A DNA stretch of 64,000 nucleotides from Oikopleura dioica. Its lineage: Eukaryota > Animalia > Chordata. Below the pieces are notes generated by a model. The model saw nothing but the letters and a program-made list of their open reading frames with translations. It was not told where the DNA came from and did not search any database. Within the stretch, counting starts at the first letter, position 1. Each line of letters begins with the position of its first letter. The stretch lies in contig OU015567.1 of the NCBI GenBank assembly GCA_907165135.1, positions 14,446,001-14,510,000 of the forward strand. The letters are read 5' to 3'. The translations under genes were made by a program, and so were the position numbers. Positions 34,994-49,182 of this stretch are shown here, in pieces.

Positions 34994-35992
34994 TTAAATG
35001 TCGTCGACTTGGTCGCCATTGATCCAGGAGTGGAGGGTGATGGTGTAGCTGCTTGCTCGTGCGAATCTAGCATGGTTATCGCGGAAGTATTCCTGGATCT
35101 GGATCTTCTTAGAGGACGCGTGAACAGCCTCTCGCATCAGTCGATCAGCTTCGTCGTCGTTATTTCTTACCGCAGCCTTGACATCTTTTCGATGTTTGTC
35201 CAGCATGTGCTTGAGTAGCTCGGGCTCGTCCAGCATCAAAAAGCCGCACTTGCAGCAGTAGAAGTCGGCGAAGACGGCCTTGCAGACGTGGTTAAACCAC
35301 AGTTCGTCCAGCTTGAAAAGAACAGCTTGCTCGTTGACGTCGTGAAAGATATCGGGGTTGATCAATATTGCAAGTTGCTTTCCAAGATCGCCCTCGTTCA
35401 TCATGAGCTTTGTGCGGTCGAGATAATGAAGGGCAAAAGTTGAGTCTTGTTGAAAATTTGAAATCCTTCGTCGAAGATATTGCCTAGAAGTGCGAAGAAA
35501 TCTAAAAGGATATGATTAAAATCTTTAAAGGAAAAATAAGAATCATTACCTCTCATGTTGCAATTCGTCGAATGTATATTGAGGCGTGTAGTCCCAGTTG
35601 TGATCATCAAGCCGGTGACGTATCGCTGCGATTGCTGCTTGTTTTGTGTGCCCAATCATCTCGGAAACGATGGTTCGGCCACCTTTGATAATTGAAAATA
35701 GAAGAGCAGGAAGAAGAAACTCGACGATTTTCCAGGAGTTTACCTAAAGAAATTGTTATTTTGATAATTTATTATAAATTAAACTTACTTGTTGACTTTG
35801 ACAGTTTGCCTTGTGCTTTTCCTTGAATCCTTTGGCCGTCTGGACATTGTCAATTTCTTCTTGTCGTTCTCTTTGTCGACGCTCCCTTTGACGGCGAATT
35901 TCATTTCTCCGTCCATGTTCTAAACGGCCGTTACTATAGGGTTGATAACGGGCTGGTTGGGCGACTTGTTCTCTGTTTCTTAAAACAGGCAT
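34994..35992 (-). CDS. C2H2 orphan gene, second complete copy
   Basis: Same exon structure as 13966-14964. Confidence 0.8.
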
Positions 35993-36208
35993 TCTTTTAA
36001 AATTGATTTGAACTTTTTTGAAAAAAATTCGAAATAAATACGAGAACAACATCTAGCGCCACCTTTTTTTCTCTAAATTTGATCACCCACTAAGCATCTG
36101 ATCTCCAACAGAGGAGCGCCCGCTACTATTCATAAATTTTATTTTTGTAAAATCTGATTTTAAAAAAAATATCTGTCCAATTAAAAGGAAAGAAAAATAT
36201 TTATTGAT

Positions 36209-38485
36209 TAATTTTTTGTGGTAAACAAGCAATTAAATGGTATAATTTTAGCAAAAATTGATCAATTGAAACATAAGATATTCGCCATACAAAATCGGGC
36301 CTGCAAATTACCTTCAGTATTTTCCTTTACGCTCTAACTCGAGTTTTTGTCATCCGATTTCAATGATAAATAGATATCCGAAGAGCTCATGTCCCACATT
36401 TATACATGATTTAAAAAATATTTGAAAAAATCACTTCCTCAAATAATGCATTAATATTTGAATGTGGGAAAAGAGCTTTTCAAACATCTATTTATCATTA
36501 AAATCGGCTCATGAAAACTGGAGTTAGAGTGTGAAGGAAAATACTGAGGGAAATTTGCAGGCCCGATTTTGTATGGCGAATATCTTATGTTCCAATTGAC
36601 TAAATTGTAAGAAAATTATACCATTGTATTCATTTTTACCACAATTTTATTTTATTATTCAAATCATAGGCATATTCCAAAAGGGAGCGCCTTTTTTGAA
36701 ACATGAATAATTAAAAATCCAATAATCTAGAATTGGAGGGGCGCGCCACTGTGGGACACCGTCTGATCAAAATCTACGACAGTCATGATAAAAAACATCG
36801 AACTTTTCCAAGGACTTATCGTTTCAGGGAGTTTTTACTTTTGAGCCGAGATTCGCTTGATTTTTGCTCAGGTTTTCTTTTAGGGCATGCTTGTCGCTAA
36901 AATTGTCAGGCATTGTTTTTGTCAGAAAAGACTGAGAGCCGCTAATTAAAAAATGCAAAAAATCTTCCTTGATTTCCAAGAAAAGAAGTTTTTCAGCTGC
37001 CCCAAAGAACAAATCAGTTTTTCTATCTTCGGCGCGCCGCTGCGGAGATCAGCTCAAGCTAGCCCCTTTTTCGAGTGATCCCCTGCAGCGGCGCGCCCAA
37101 GATCGAAAAAGTGATATGTTTTTGGAGGAGCTAAATAGCTGCTTTCTCGGAAATCGAGAGAAATCTCTGTTTTTAATCTTTCACCAAAAGATAGGGGCAA
37201 TTTTTTGAATCATTTTGAAAAACGGTAGTAACATCATTCACGCGCTTTGAGCAAACAAGGAAAAAAGGGTGATACCTTGGGAGAAAAGCCGAATGCTTCG
37301 TGCTGAGAAAAGAGGCACATTTTGTGATTGAAAATGTCTCTAAAATCAGACGAATGCTGTCATGACAAGCTCTTGGGAATTTCGTAGGAGCTTGACCGGA
37401 TGTTGTTTTCAGAGTAACGTTTTTATTACTCCAAGAGTTAAATGTTCCAACTTTCAAGTATTTATTTAGTTACTGGCCAATTTTGACACGTAAAGTGCTT
37501 GGAAGCAGAATCACGAGGAGGGGGAGGAGCAGGAAGCGGCTGGGCGCTGCTATTATTTCCGACATGATAATGTTTATCCACGTGGCTTCTACTTTCGACA
37601 GGAGCATACTTTCCAGCAATAAAGCAATCATTTAAGAGTCTTTTATCGACAGAAAAACGTGGTGGGCGTGTAATTGTTGGCGCCAACAGCAACAAGTAGC
37701 CACTGAAATCACTGCTAGTTTTTTTCGTAATTATGCGCTTGTTTGGCACACGTGCTTCTAGGGCCACGAAAGCTCGATCTTTCATAAGATCAAAAGGGCA
37801 CGTGAGGAGACTTCTTTCAAGGTCTGCAATCGCACTTTTAACTTTTTACCTCTCAAAAAAGGGAAAGAATCAATTATACTCCTCGTTGATTTCAAAGAAA
37901 AATATGCTCCGCTTCATGATCGACTTGATCATCCAGTTCTTTGAGAACTTGAGTGTCTGATTGTCGAAAAGCCAGCCCCTCCGGCCATTTCCCCGCGGGG
38001 ATTTGGCTGGGGGGGCTTTTTTACGTTTGGAGAGCCTTGGGCCGAAATTGACCAAACGTAGAAAAGCCCCTCCAGCCAAATCCCCTCGGGGAAATGGCCG
38101 GAGGGGCTGGCTTTTTAAAATCAAAGAAAGTGCGAAATAGTTTTTTTAATCTTAGCTGAGATTGATATTTTACTTTTGCCCGAAACTGAGGACGATTTCT
38201 CAAATATTTTTAAAAGTCTGCGATCGTGAGAGCGTTGGCTATACCCTTAATAAAGTCCTGATGGAGTGAAAAATATCAGTGGCATACCCTTAATTTTTAA
38301 ATTCGGGTTGATTAAAAAGTCGCTGATTTTATTTAATGGCGATTTTAATTTCAACCATATTTTCTTTTGCCCAAAGCTGAGGAAGATTTCTCAAATATTT
38401 TTAAAAGTCGGCGATCGTGAGAGCGTCGGCTATACCCTTAATAAAGTCCTGACGGAGTAAAAAATATCATTGGGCATACCCTTAT
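36209..38485. repeat. Copy of the foldback/hairpin/direct-repeat block at 15180-17469
   Basis: Offset about 21.02 kb; differs mainly in homopolymer lengths. Confidence 0.85.
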
Positions 38486-38630
38486 TTTGCCAGATTTGCT
38501 CACAAGAAGCTCAGAAGTAGAAATAAAGTTCGATGTCGAGAGTTGATATAAATGCTCCTTTTATTAATGCCAGATGAATATGTAGTGTTAAAAGAAATGA
38601 AAGTGGGCTGATCTCAGCGTTGTATTAATT

Positions 38631-39629
38631 TTAATTCAACCAAGCCAAACCACATGTTTCGGGGTGGTTTAGAAAACATGCAGCTACTGTTCTTTCAAAG
38701 GGTAAGTAAATGATGTGAAAATATGATGATATGACGTACGTGGCGAGCTGAATTACCGACCGACCGAGAGCTTCAGAAATTGTGCTTTTCTTGGCTGAAT
38801 TTCGCGACTCCACATCGTCTCGTCCTTGCGATGATTTCATGAATCCCCTGAATTTCGAGGAAATTTCGATTCACGACTTTCGAAACTTACGCGCTGGAGA
38901 TGTTTCCAATATTGCCGGAGATATTGTAGAGGATCGCTCTTGAACGACGTCGCCATTCTTTGAGATCGCGCTAGAATCAACCTTTTAAAAGCGTTCCATT
39001 TTGAACTGTTTTACCCCCTCGCGCTCGCGGGCGAAATTGATCTTCGGATTCGACTTGGAAATGTCCTTGACGGATATGAGAAAGAAAACGACAGTGCCAG
39101 TCTCGTTTTTGATTGGCACTATAAAATCAGTTAGCTACTGTCAGTCCTTTCTTGGCAGCTACCGATATCAAGCTGGCAACTTTGACTTGTTTGATCACGG
39201 CTTTCGCGATCGCTGTAAAAGTGAAACTTGACTTCGACGCGGTACTCTTCCTTGTTTCGCAGGGCGCGCTCGATCCTCTCCTTGATGTCCTGCCGAGTGT
39301 CCTCGCCGTAGACGAACCTTATCGCGCAAGATCGACGCATAACTGTTCGTGGGTTAATTCGCTAGTTGTGGAGTACCCTAAAGCTTGCTCCAGGAGCTAA
39401 TTAACCGAGCCTTTGCAGCGCGGAAGGCCGCTGAGCTCGCAGAAGCCATCTGAGCAATAGACGATCGGGTACTGATCTGGAATCTGCGCATTTCCAAGCA
39501 CGAAGTTTGAGTCTAAGAGACGATCATCCCTCTTTTCTAATTTTCGAGAAAAAACTTACGCGATCCGTCAAATCTCTCTGCGATCGTGTCAAGAAACGTG
39601 TTTTGCGGTGCGAGCAGGCCTTTTCTCAT
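38631..39629 (-). pseudogene. KCNH PAS-only partial duplicate, copy 2
   Basis: Matches 17615-18613. Confidence 0.85.
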
Positions 39630-40854
39630 TTCTCTGCCTAAGAAAAATTTTAACCCAATGAAAAATTTCTGCCAATTTTTTGGCCAAACTCTCAAGAAGG
39701 CATGGATACAGCCAAAATGCCCTAGAAAACGATATTTACTGTGTTAACCTTCTGCACACTTGGGAAATTGGAAGCACAGCCGTGAGGCCATTCTATTTTG
39801 ATTTTTCTTTTTTCAGTCGGCGGTGGGTACTCTCTTCAAAATTAATCAAAACTCTTCGCGTGGAACACGTGCAGCTGATTTATTCAAAACCTGACAGAAT
39901 AATAAATTCCGTAAACTACCCCAAAAATAAAACACTTAATACTTAGTTCTTCCAGTGCTCGGATTCACAAGCCTGTCTACTATTTACAGGAGACTGCTAA
40001 ATTTGATAAAAATCGAACTCATTTGCTCTTATAAGTCCAGACAGCTGTTTTGAGAGGTAACTTATTTTCTCTTGAAAAAAAAGAAGAAAAAAATTAGCTT
40101 TTGAAAAAAGGATGGCGAAAAGGATGGACTGGCAGTCAGCAATCAAAGTGAATGGATAAAGAGATTCTTAATTGTGAAAAGAAATCGGCCAGCATTTTAA
40201 TAGACTATTCACGAGTTCCACTTTGCACATTTAAAGAGATCCTCGCGCGACGGGAAGCTTCCGCTCCTTTCAGAAGCGATTCTCTGGGGATGAACACTCA
40301 AATTCAATGCCTCGCGAGGCGAACTTCGCGGTACTTTTTTAAAGGAATATTTTTATTTTCGCTGAAATTATGATATCTTTTGAAAAATCTTTCCTTGGAA
40401 AACAAAAATTTAATTCAATGCAACTTTTCAACTTTAGGACCAACTGGTTGATCATTTTTCTTAAATTTCTCTTTGAAATTTTTTCTCAAAAAAGTCGAAA
40501 AATATTTGAAGCATATTTTCAGATCAGGCCTGGCTTGCTTAAAATATCCCGGTAGCCGAATCGGCGGATCATTCCCAAGTTCGTTAAACGCATCATTAAA
40601 CCGCATTAACTGTACTTCCAATTTTGCCCGTGGATGACTTACTCTTTTATAAATTCGCTTCCATGGGTTCTTTTTCAATTTTCAATTTGCAAGTTCTCGT
40701 TTTCAAGTTCACATTTGGCGCTGCGTTTTGTCTTCCTTTGCTGGCTATTAAAATTCAGCAGCGAAAAAACGCGAGCCAGAGGAAGATCCAAAGGATGGCG
40801 CTAGATGCGCCCAAATAATGCCTCTTTTGCAATTACGATCCTCCTCCCCATATC

Positions 40855-41792
40855 TAGGGTAAATCACAAATATTTGAGCTCTTATTTGGACTTTGTAGAA
40901 GAGGCATACAATATCTTTTTATAATCCCCAGAAGCTGAGGATCATTTTGACTATTGATAGTGGGGGGTCATCTCGTACCCTGAGGGCATTTTGGTACCCC
41001 GGAAGTCCCAAAATATGGCCAACTTCGGAAATTCAAATTTTTGAGGCCGTAACTAAGCTTTTTAGACTGAGCTATCCATACCAGCTTGTAGCTCAGGCTC
41101 TGACAGTCATTTTGAGGGGTAGAAAAATATGTCCCGGGCTACTCTAGAAAGTGGTGGAGGTGGTGCAAAGCTGGGGTCAAGACCGGAAATCCAGCTAAAA
41201 TGAACTCTTATCTGATTTAAATACAGTAACACTTTAAAAAGCAACTGTAAATACATAATTGGTCACCAGAGGTCAAGTTGGGGTTACTTGGGGTCATCTA
41301 GGGTCAAGTTGGGGGTGTTTTTATTAAAGACGTATTTTTTAAAAATCTTGACCTTAAATGACCCCGAGTGACCCCAAGTTGACCTCGGGTGACCAATTAT
41401 GTATTTACAGTTGCTTTTTCAAAGTGTTACTGCATTAAAATCACATAAGAGTTCATTTTAGCTTGACTTCCGGTCTTGACCCAGCTTTGCACCACCTCCA
41501 CCACTTTCTAGAGTAGCCCGGGACATACTTTTACCCCTCAAAATGACCGTCAGAGCCTGAGCTACAAGCTGGTATAGATAGCTCCGTCAAAAAGCTTAGT
41601 TACGGCCTCGAAAATTCGAATTTCCGAAGTTGGCCACATTTTGGGACTTTCGGGGTACCAAATGCCCTCAGGGTACGAGATGACCCCACTATCAATAGTC
41701 AAAATGATCCTCAGCTTCTGGGATTATAAAAGGTATTATATGCCTACTCTACTTAGCAAGAAAAAAGTGGAAAATATTAGTGATTTACCCTA
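40855..41792. mobile_element. hAT-like foldback element, copy 2, with inverted core
   Basis: Same TIR and TSD (40847-40854, 41793-41800). Core 41176-41479 is the reverse complement of 20160-20466. Confidence 0.9.
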
Positions 41793-42950
41793 CCCATATC
41801 CGATAAAAATCGCGCCTCTGGGAATCGAACTGCTCGAATGATGATTTATTCTGCTTTTGCAGCCACTGCTGGAGAAAGTTACAGCTGCAATGAAAATTTA
41901 ATTTTGAATTGTTACAGTAACTAATTTCAAGTCTAAGTTAAAAGCAGACATGCGGGAATAATATTTTGAAGGGTAGATTGAGGTCGGGAAAAGAAAGACG
42001 ACACAAAGTCGTCGCTTTTATGGCAGGAAAATTACTGTATTCCGCGAGAATTCATTGTCAGTCGATAGACATTTTCGACGATTTGGTCGGCAACAATACT
42101 CGATCTTTTTGCTTGATATTGGACGGTACAAATCTGGGGAATTCAGTAACTACAGTATTTTTCACTGAAATGGGATGAGATGAACAAGCATGAGAATCCG
42201 GACAATCCGCTATTTCTTTTGCCAAATTCCGGATGATCCCGCCACGTTCATGTGCTCCTTCCTTTTTTCGAAAAAATGCTGAAACAAGATCCCGATTTTC
42301 ATAATCATCGATAATCCCCTTTCAACGAGTTCAGATTTGAACGACGAAAGCCCACTATTTGACAGCCGACCGCATTTTTGGAAGCCTTTCGGATCATTTT
42401 GGAATAAGTTAGTGCCTTTGACAAGGTAAAATCTGAACTTTCCGTAGGATTCGTCTGACTACCAGTCAAAAGAAGAAGAATTCGCTCTTACAATCAACAA
42501 AATCAACACTTGCAATCAAGGAGAAATCAAGGCGATGGAAGATTCCCTGTGAAAGGTAATCGGAATTAAATTAATCCCATTTGGCTAGAGGTGGCTTCTG
42601 AAATTGAGGCTGCGGCAGGTATCTAATTGCGGCGGCGGCTGTTTATTTATAATCGAATATTCATCCCAGCAAAGTCTTTCTCGAGTTAACACAAATAAAC
42701 CTGCCACTGTTTATATGCACGGACAGACTGCAAGCGAACATTCTTCCTCGCTATCTGACAAGAAAACAAGTGCTATTTTGAATTTGCATCGATGATGTTC
42801 TCAGGTGAGCTCAGAATTCATCTGTTCTCGAAGGTTCGCAAATGAAGCTTTTTATTAAGAGCGAAAAGATTTATTGAACAGAAAAGTTGAATCAGGAATC
42901 AAATCAATTGAAGAACTGCGAAATAAAGAAGCAAAGGAGTTGAATAACAA

Positions 42951-44284
42951 TCACTCAAGCTCAGATAGACAGAAGTACGATTTCTGAGTTCCCTTGAAAA
43001 TAATAACAAACGATCTTGGTGTAGTTATTATACCTTTCTTGTTGTAGAGCGGGAAGCAACCATAGACGCAAATTTGGCATGTTCGATCGTCGTTTTCTGC
43101 GTCTTGGTAAGCGAGTAAGAAAAGGCGCCAACGAATGAGTCTCCAGCGCCGGTCGTGTCGACCACGTCTACTTTTTCAACAACTGGGTGCAATGTCAGCT
43201 CTCCTTCGCCTAAAAATTCATCATTTTTTAAGCAACAATCAAAATCTAGACACTGACTTTTGACGGCAAATCCGTCTCCACCGAGAGTGACAATTACACT
43301 TTTGAGTTTGTATTTCTCCTGTAGAGTTGTCGCCGCGTCTTCAATAGTTTCTTTTCCACTTAGTTCCAGAGCTTCTGTCTGATTCGCGATGAGAAAGTCG
43401 ATCTGTTCAGAGAACGTCTCGAAGTCTTCCCTGCTCGGGCAAGGCGCGGGTGAGTAGATTGTCTTTGCTCCAGCTGCTCTTCCAAGTTGTAGAGCTCTTT
43501 TGGTCGTACTCACAGGAATCTCGTTTTGGCAAATGACGATTTTCGTGCCCTTGAAAGCTTCCTCATCTAAATCTTGAGAATCTTGAAATCTTTGATTGAG
43601 TAATCGACCGGTGCATATTCGAAGCAAGTTGAAGTTTTTAGCGAGAAATATGTCGACAAGAGGAAATACCAATGTTTGAAATGAAAAAGGCGGACAGTAG
43701 TTTATGAATGATTCAAGGAAGTTTCTTCTCGCGCGAAAACGGAGATTTTTGGCAACGTCTTTCGCTAATTCAGCTTCGTCTATCACTATCTGAGCAAACT
43801 CGTGCAGAAATAGGGCTGATTCTTTCGATTGTGACACATTCGCGAACGTGAGATCAAGTAACGCACAAGTCTTCTTGACATCTCTCTGGCGTAAAAGGCA
43901 ACAAGCGAGATTCTCCAAATTTTGCATAAAATTTTGATGCTTCAAATTCGTCGGTAAAGCTCCTTTATTTACATTTGCAAAGCGAGTTGGTAGATTCCAG
44001 ATAAAATTGAGGAAATCAACGAAGACTTTCTGCTCCACGCTACTTAGAGCTATTCTTTCAAGGACTTCGTATGATGAGCAGAAGCCAACGAAGTCGGATA
44101 AAACTGGAAAGATCAATGTCGAGTCGGCAAGAATATTCTTCAGAGAGCAAATGACTTGGATCATTTTCGCAGGAGAGGATGAAATAAGATCAGCGCAAAG
44201 TTTTTCCAGCGCGTCAGAGTCTGAGCTTTTCCCATTCTTTTTAATTCCAAAATGTTCCGGAAGTTTTGTCAAAACATCCAACAT
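42951..44284 (-). CDS. Chimeric TELO2::RBKS ORF, copy 2
   Basis: Same junction at 43576-43590; ORF track 43028-44392. Confidence 0.75.
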
Positions 44285-44369
44285 TCTTATATTGGGCATT
44301 ATAAATTTAAGAAATAAATTATTAAAAGTAAAGATTGTTAAGAAAATAAGAAAGAAAGTTTTGTTTTTA

Positions 44370-46610
44370 TCAAGAACTGTGGCGGAGTGCAATGAATGAT
44401 TTGAAATCAGCTTTTGAAAAGCTCAATTTAGACATATTTTTCCATAGAGGTTCCTCGAGCTCTGGAATTTCGAAAGGTAGAGAAGCGCTGAGTAGATTAG
44501 ATGGAGAGTGTGACCCTTCCTCACTCGTGTCGAAGACAAGATCGAAGGATTCCGTACTAAAATGACTATTTCTTATTGTTCCTTGTCAAGGGAACTTACC
44601 AGTCTACTGTAAGATCACAGTACGCATCCAAGACGGCTGAGTCTAGCGAACACGAGCTTCGACCAAGTTGCTCCAATAAGAGCACTAGTTCTTGATTTTT
44701 CGGCGTGTTAACCATTCTCAGATAATACAGGACTCGTTCGAGGATAACCCTTTCCGGCTTCAGCATGTAATATTTTGATGCCTCTAAGAATGATTAAAGC
44801 AGCTCGAATTTTCGATAAAATATACCTAGTAAAAAGATCCGAGTATTTCTGGAAAGAGTCCAAACATTATCTGACATTTCTGCTAAAATACCAATCACAT
44901 TCAGCTCTGCCGAATGAGTGCGATGGAGAATTTGAAACACCGGAATAATTATGTTCTCGTCTATGTCTTCAAGGACAACTCGCATGGATTTCTCCAACAC
45001 TCTTTGGGTTATCAGTTTCATGAATGTTTCAGGGTCCCATGTTTTGAATTGGTCCAGGAAAAATGATTGAATAGTTGATTTACAAGTAGTTTGACAGTTG
45101 ATAATTTCTTCGTCAACGAGAATATCACTGTCTTCTCCTGATTTATTGAATAATTCATCAGAAGTAATTGGCAGATAGGCCTCTTCCTCTGGTAACCGGG
45201 TTTTCTTAAAATCAGGAGACAAAGCAGCTATTTCTTCGGTAGGGCCGAATTGAAGCATTAGTTTTATATACAAACGATAAATTTTTGAACGCAAGTTTTC
45301 AGTTTGATTGGTGATTTTTAGCCGTTGAAGAAGATGAAGATGCTGTGCGCCAAGATGAATAGCTAGTTGAAGGTCTTTTTGAAGATTTGAAGAGCGATTT
45401 CTGCTGGAGATACTTTGTAGAAGATACTGGAAGATGTAACTGAAGGAGTCGCAAAAAGTGCTCAAATATATTTCCAAATGCGCGAGACATGAATCTTTCG
45501 TCAAAGTAGCCCGAAGAGATGCCAGCTTTCTCCAGTAGAGACGTATCATCGGTGTTGCAGCGTCCCGCTCCATCGGCCTCTTCGGGAATTCTATGTCCAG
45601 ACTTTCCTGGCAGTTGAAAATCATCAGAATTGAAGATAAACAAGACTTTTGCAAATAAGCTTCAACAAGAGATAATGAAGATTTGAGCTGATCATGTACG
45701 TCTCGAATCCAGGAGGGGAGGATCTTTGAGAGCTCTTCAAGTTTCTTGATCACTAGTCTCAAACTATTCGACAGAATGACCATATTTTTGGTCGTCGTCA
45801 AAGGTAGAACTTCTTTTATCATCCACGAAATACGCTTGCTCGCTTGAATATATTTAAAATCTTAAAAAGACTGACTCTTCACCTGATAAAGCTGTCCTTT
45901 CGAGAGAAATATTTGCCCTCGAAAAAGCAATAGGTGAGATTTCATTCAAAAAGAATTCAAATCGCTTGAAAATTATTGGCGGAAAATCATCTGAAGAATT
46001 CTTGAACGTCTTGCAGTCATCCTGCAAGATCCAAAACTCGATTTCTTCTTCTGAAGAGCTTTCCAAAGGTACCAGTTTACTTATTGGCGTATAGTTCGGC
46101 GACTCTTCAGAAAATATTGATATGACAGCGGCGAGTTGATACAGTTTTGCCTATGGGATGAGGCCGTTACCATCGACAGAAGCTGACAGTAGCTCTCCGA
46201 TGGATTTAGTTTTGAACAGCTTGCTCTGCGATGAGAGCAATTTACTGGAAGCGGACTCGCTGAATTGAATGACGTGCTTCATGTAACTGTTAGATATCGG
46301 ATTCGTTTTCGTAAAATCACTGGAAAAATGCTTCAGCACGAATTCATCCGTAACAAGCCAGAAGCCGACAAGAAGGAGAAAATATTCTGGAGCAGGGCGA
46401 TCACGAATAGCATCAGCAATAACTCGCTCTCTACATCGCTGATAGACTTTGCAAACTTCGCCGTGAGGAGAAAATTGTTTCAGACCTTCAAGAATGACAA
46501 GGATCTCGAAGACACGCTAAAAGCATTTATAAATTTATCCAAAACTTTAAAAAACGCACATGTTTTTCTGAAGCTCTTAAAATGCAGCCTAAGCTCGAGT
46601 TCGACAGGTC
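44370..46610 (-). pseudogene. KIAA0825-like 5'-truncated copy
   Basis: Includes the continuous 342-aa ORF 44794-45822. Confidence 0.55.
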
Positions 46611-46633
46611 CTGCGGGATAAAAACTAACTGCT

Positions 46634-47061
46634 TCAAAACTTGTTCACGCCCGCAATCTGTTTCTGCTGATTTTTCATCTTCGTTTTGAAAGGAATATCC
46701 TTTTTCAGTTCCTTGGGCAACACCATTTTGTTGAACACGCGTTTCTTTCGTTGGACAGGTTTGTAAAGCGAGTCTGATCGCTGCTTGAGCTTGATGTCCC
46801 GCTCTTTTCGGATTTCTCCAGCGGTTTACAGTCCTTGCCAGTCGGATTTCTTTGACTCCTCTTATTACCAATAGAATCAGAGAGGCATTAAAAAGGATTA
46901 ATTACCTGTAACAAGTTTGTGACCGGCAGATACATCGACGGAATCGCCAAGTTTACCCAAGTCTTGCAGAAGATAATATCAGAGTATTGCACTCGATCTT
47001 CGAAGGTAATTCTGACAACGCCTTCCGGCTTTCTCAGTGACTTTTTGATGATGTCTCCGAT
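46634..47061 (-). pseudogene. BMS1: BMS1 fragment copy
   Basis: Same sequence and same TAA. Confidence 0.8.
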
Positions 47062-47579
47062 TCAAGAAACAGAGCAGTTTCCTGGGCGTGAGAAAGTTCG
47101 CCGCGCGGCCCGCTGATTGGCCGTCATTTCAGTTCAAAAAACTGTGGCGGTGGCCACGCCCAGGAAACTGAACAACAGCGCCACTTTGAGCGCAGCGGAT
47201 CAGAAACCAAGCCCGGCCGAGATGGAAAAAGATCACCAAGAGCTGAAAAGTTCGAAATGGCCGAAATTCATCATAATTGATAAAAAAAGGGAGGATTTAG
47301 GGGTTTTCGGACACGGAGAATTTGAATTTGGGATAATTTTTTCAAATAAATCAAGATTTACGGAAAAAAAAAATAAGTTTTAAAATTGAAATCAAGGAGG
47401 AATTTGTAAAATGATTTATAAAAACAAAAGCCCCTCTGGTTGCTTCCTTTTCGGGAGTGACTGGAGGGGCTGAGTTTTTTTTTCATCAAAATAAGACTGT
47501 TTTCATGCTTTTTCAGACATAAAAGGCACAGTTTTTTCTAAAAGAAGTTTATTTTTAATGAGAAGAGCAGAATATAAGT

Positions 47580-48445
47580 TTAAATGTCGTCGACTTGGTC
47601 GCCATTGATCCAGGAGTGGAGGGTGATGGTGTAGCTGCTTGCTCGTGCGAATCTAGCATGGTTATCGCGGAAGTATTCCTGGATCTGGATCTTCTTAGAG
47701 GACGCGTGAACAGCCTCTCGCATCAGTCGATCAGCTTCGTCGTCGTTATTTCTTACCGCAGCCTTGACATCTTTTCGATGTTTGTCCAGCATGTGCTTGA
47801 GTAGCTCGGGCTCGTCCAGCATCAAAAAGCCGCACTTGCAGCAGTAGAAGTCGGCGAAGACGGCCTTGCAGACGTGGTTAAACCACAGTTCGTCCAGCTT
47901 GAAAAGAACAGCTTGCTCGTTGACGTCGTGAAAGATATCGGGGTTGATCAATATTGCAAGTTGCTTTCCAAGATCGCCCTCGTTCATCATGAGCTTTGTG
48001 CGGTCGAGATAATGAAGGGCAAAAGTTGAGTCTTGTTGAAAATTTGAAATCCTTCGTCGAAGATATTGCCTAGAAGTGCGAAGAAATCTAAAAGGATATG
48101 ATTAAAATCTTTAAAGGAAAAATAAGAATCATTACCTCTCATGTTGCAATTCGTCGAATGTATATTGAGGCGTGTAGTCCCAGTTGTGATCATCAAGCCG
48201 GTGACGTATCGCTGCGATTGCTGCTTGTTTTGTGTGCCCAATCATCTCGGAAACGATGGTTCGGCCACCTTTGATAATTGAAAATAGAAGAGCAGGAAGA
48301 AGAAACTCGACGATTTTCCAGGAGTTTACCTAAAGAAATTGTTATTTTGATAATTTATTATAAATTAAACTTACTTGTTGACTTTGACAGTTTGCCTTGT
48401 GCTTTTCCTTGAATCCTTTGGCCGTCTGGACATTGTCAATTTCTT
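47580..48445 (-). pseudogene. C2H2 orphan gene, 5'-truncated copy 2
   Basis: Matches 26579-27444. Confidence 0.8.
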
Positions 48446-49116
48446 ATATCTTCGATTCGATCCAACCAGAGGTCTTCTTGATAACAATATGATGGAATGC
48501 CGTATTCTTCATCGTCTCCTTAGCTTCTGCCTTGTACTCGCCAAAGTCGAAATTCTTGAGTCCAAGGAAATGTCTGAAGAGCATTTTCAACAAGAAACCA
48601 TGCGCGAAAATCAGTATTGTCTTGTCAACTTTGGCCTCTTCGATAAGCGACCGGAGAAAATTCACAGCTCTGTATTTGACGTCGGCGTCTGCTTCCATTT
48701 CCGGGCTGTTCCAGTCAACTTCGCTCCTCAACTTGCCCTCGAGTTTGCCCATTCCCTTTTCTTTGAGCAAGTCGTCGCAGATTATGCGTTCTTCCCCGAT
48801 GTCATTCGTAGCGATTTTAGCTGTTTCCAGAGCGCGAGAAAGGGGCGAGGAGTAAACGAGATCAGCCTTGGGAAGAACTTTCGCCTCGGCCAAGCGCTTT
48901 GCTCATTTGCAGATCAGAAATAAACTGAAAATAAACTTGGCGTTCATGAGTGGAAGCACTTTCTTGATCTCTGCCCATTTCGCTCAAAGGAATATCGAGC
49001 TAAAAATCTTTACTTGCAGAAATGACTATTGCGTCTTTTACCTGCCCTTGCAAAATGCCAGCTTTATTGTACGATGTTTCGCCGTGCCGGATCAAGTACA
49101 AATTTAGGACAACCAT
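48444..49116 (-). CDS. TIGAR-like phosphatase, C-terminally truncated, copy 2
   Basis: Matches 27443-28115. Confidence 0.75.
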
Positions 49117-49182
49117 TCTAGAGCACTTGATATTTGTGAGTTTTGCATTTAAAAGACAACTTGAACTGTATTTAAAATTAAC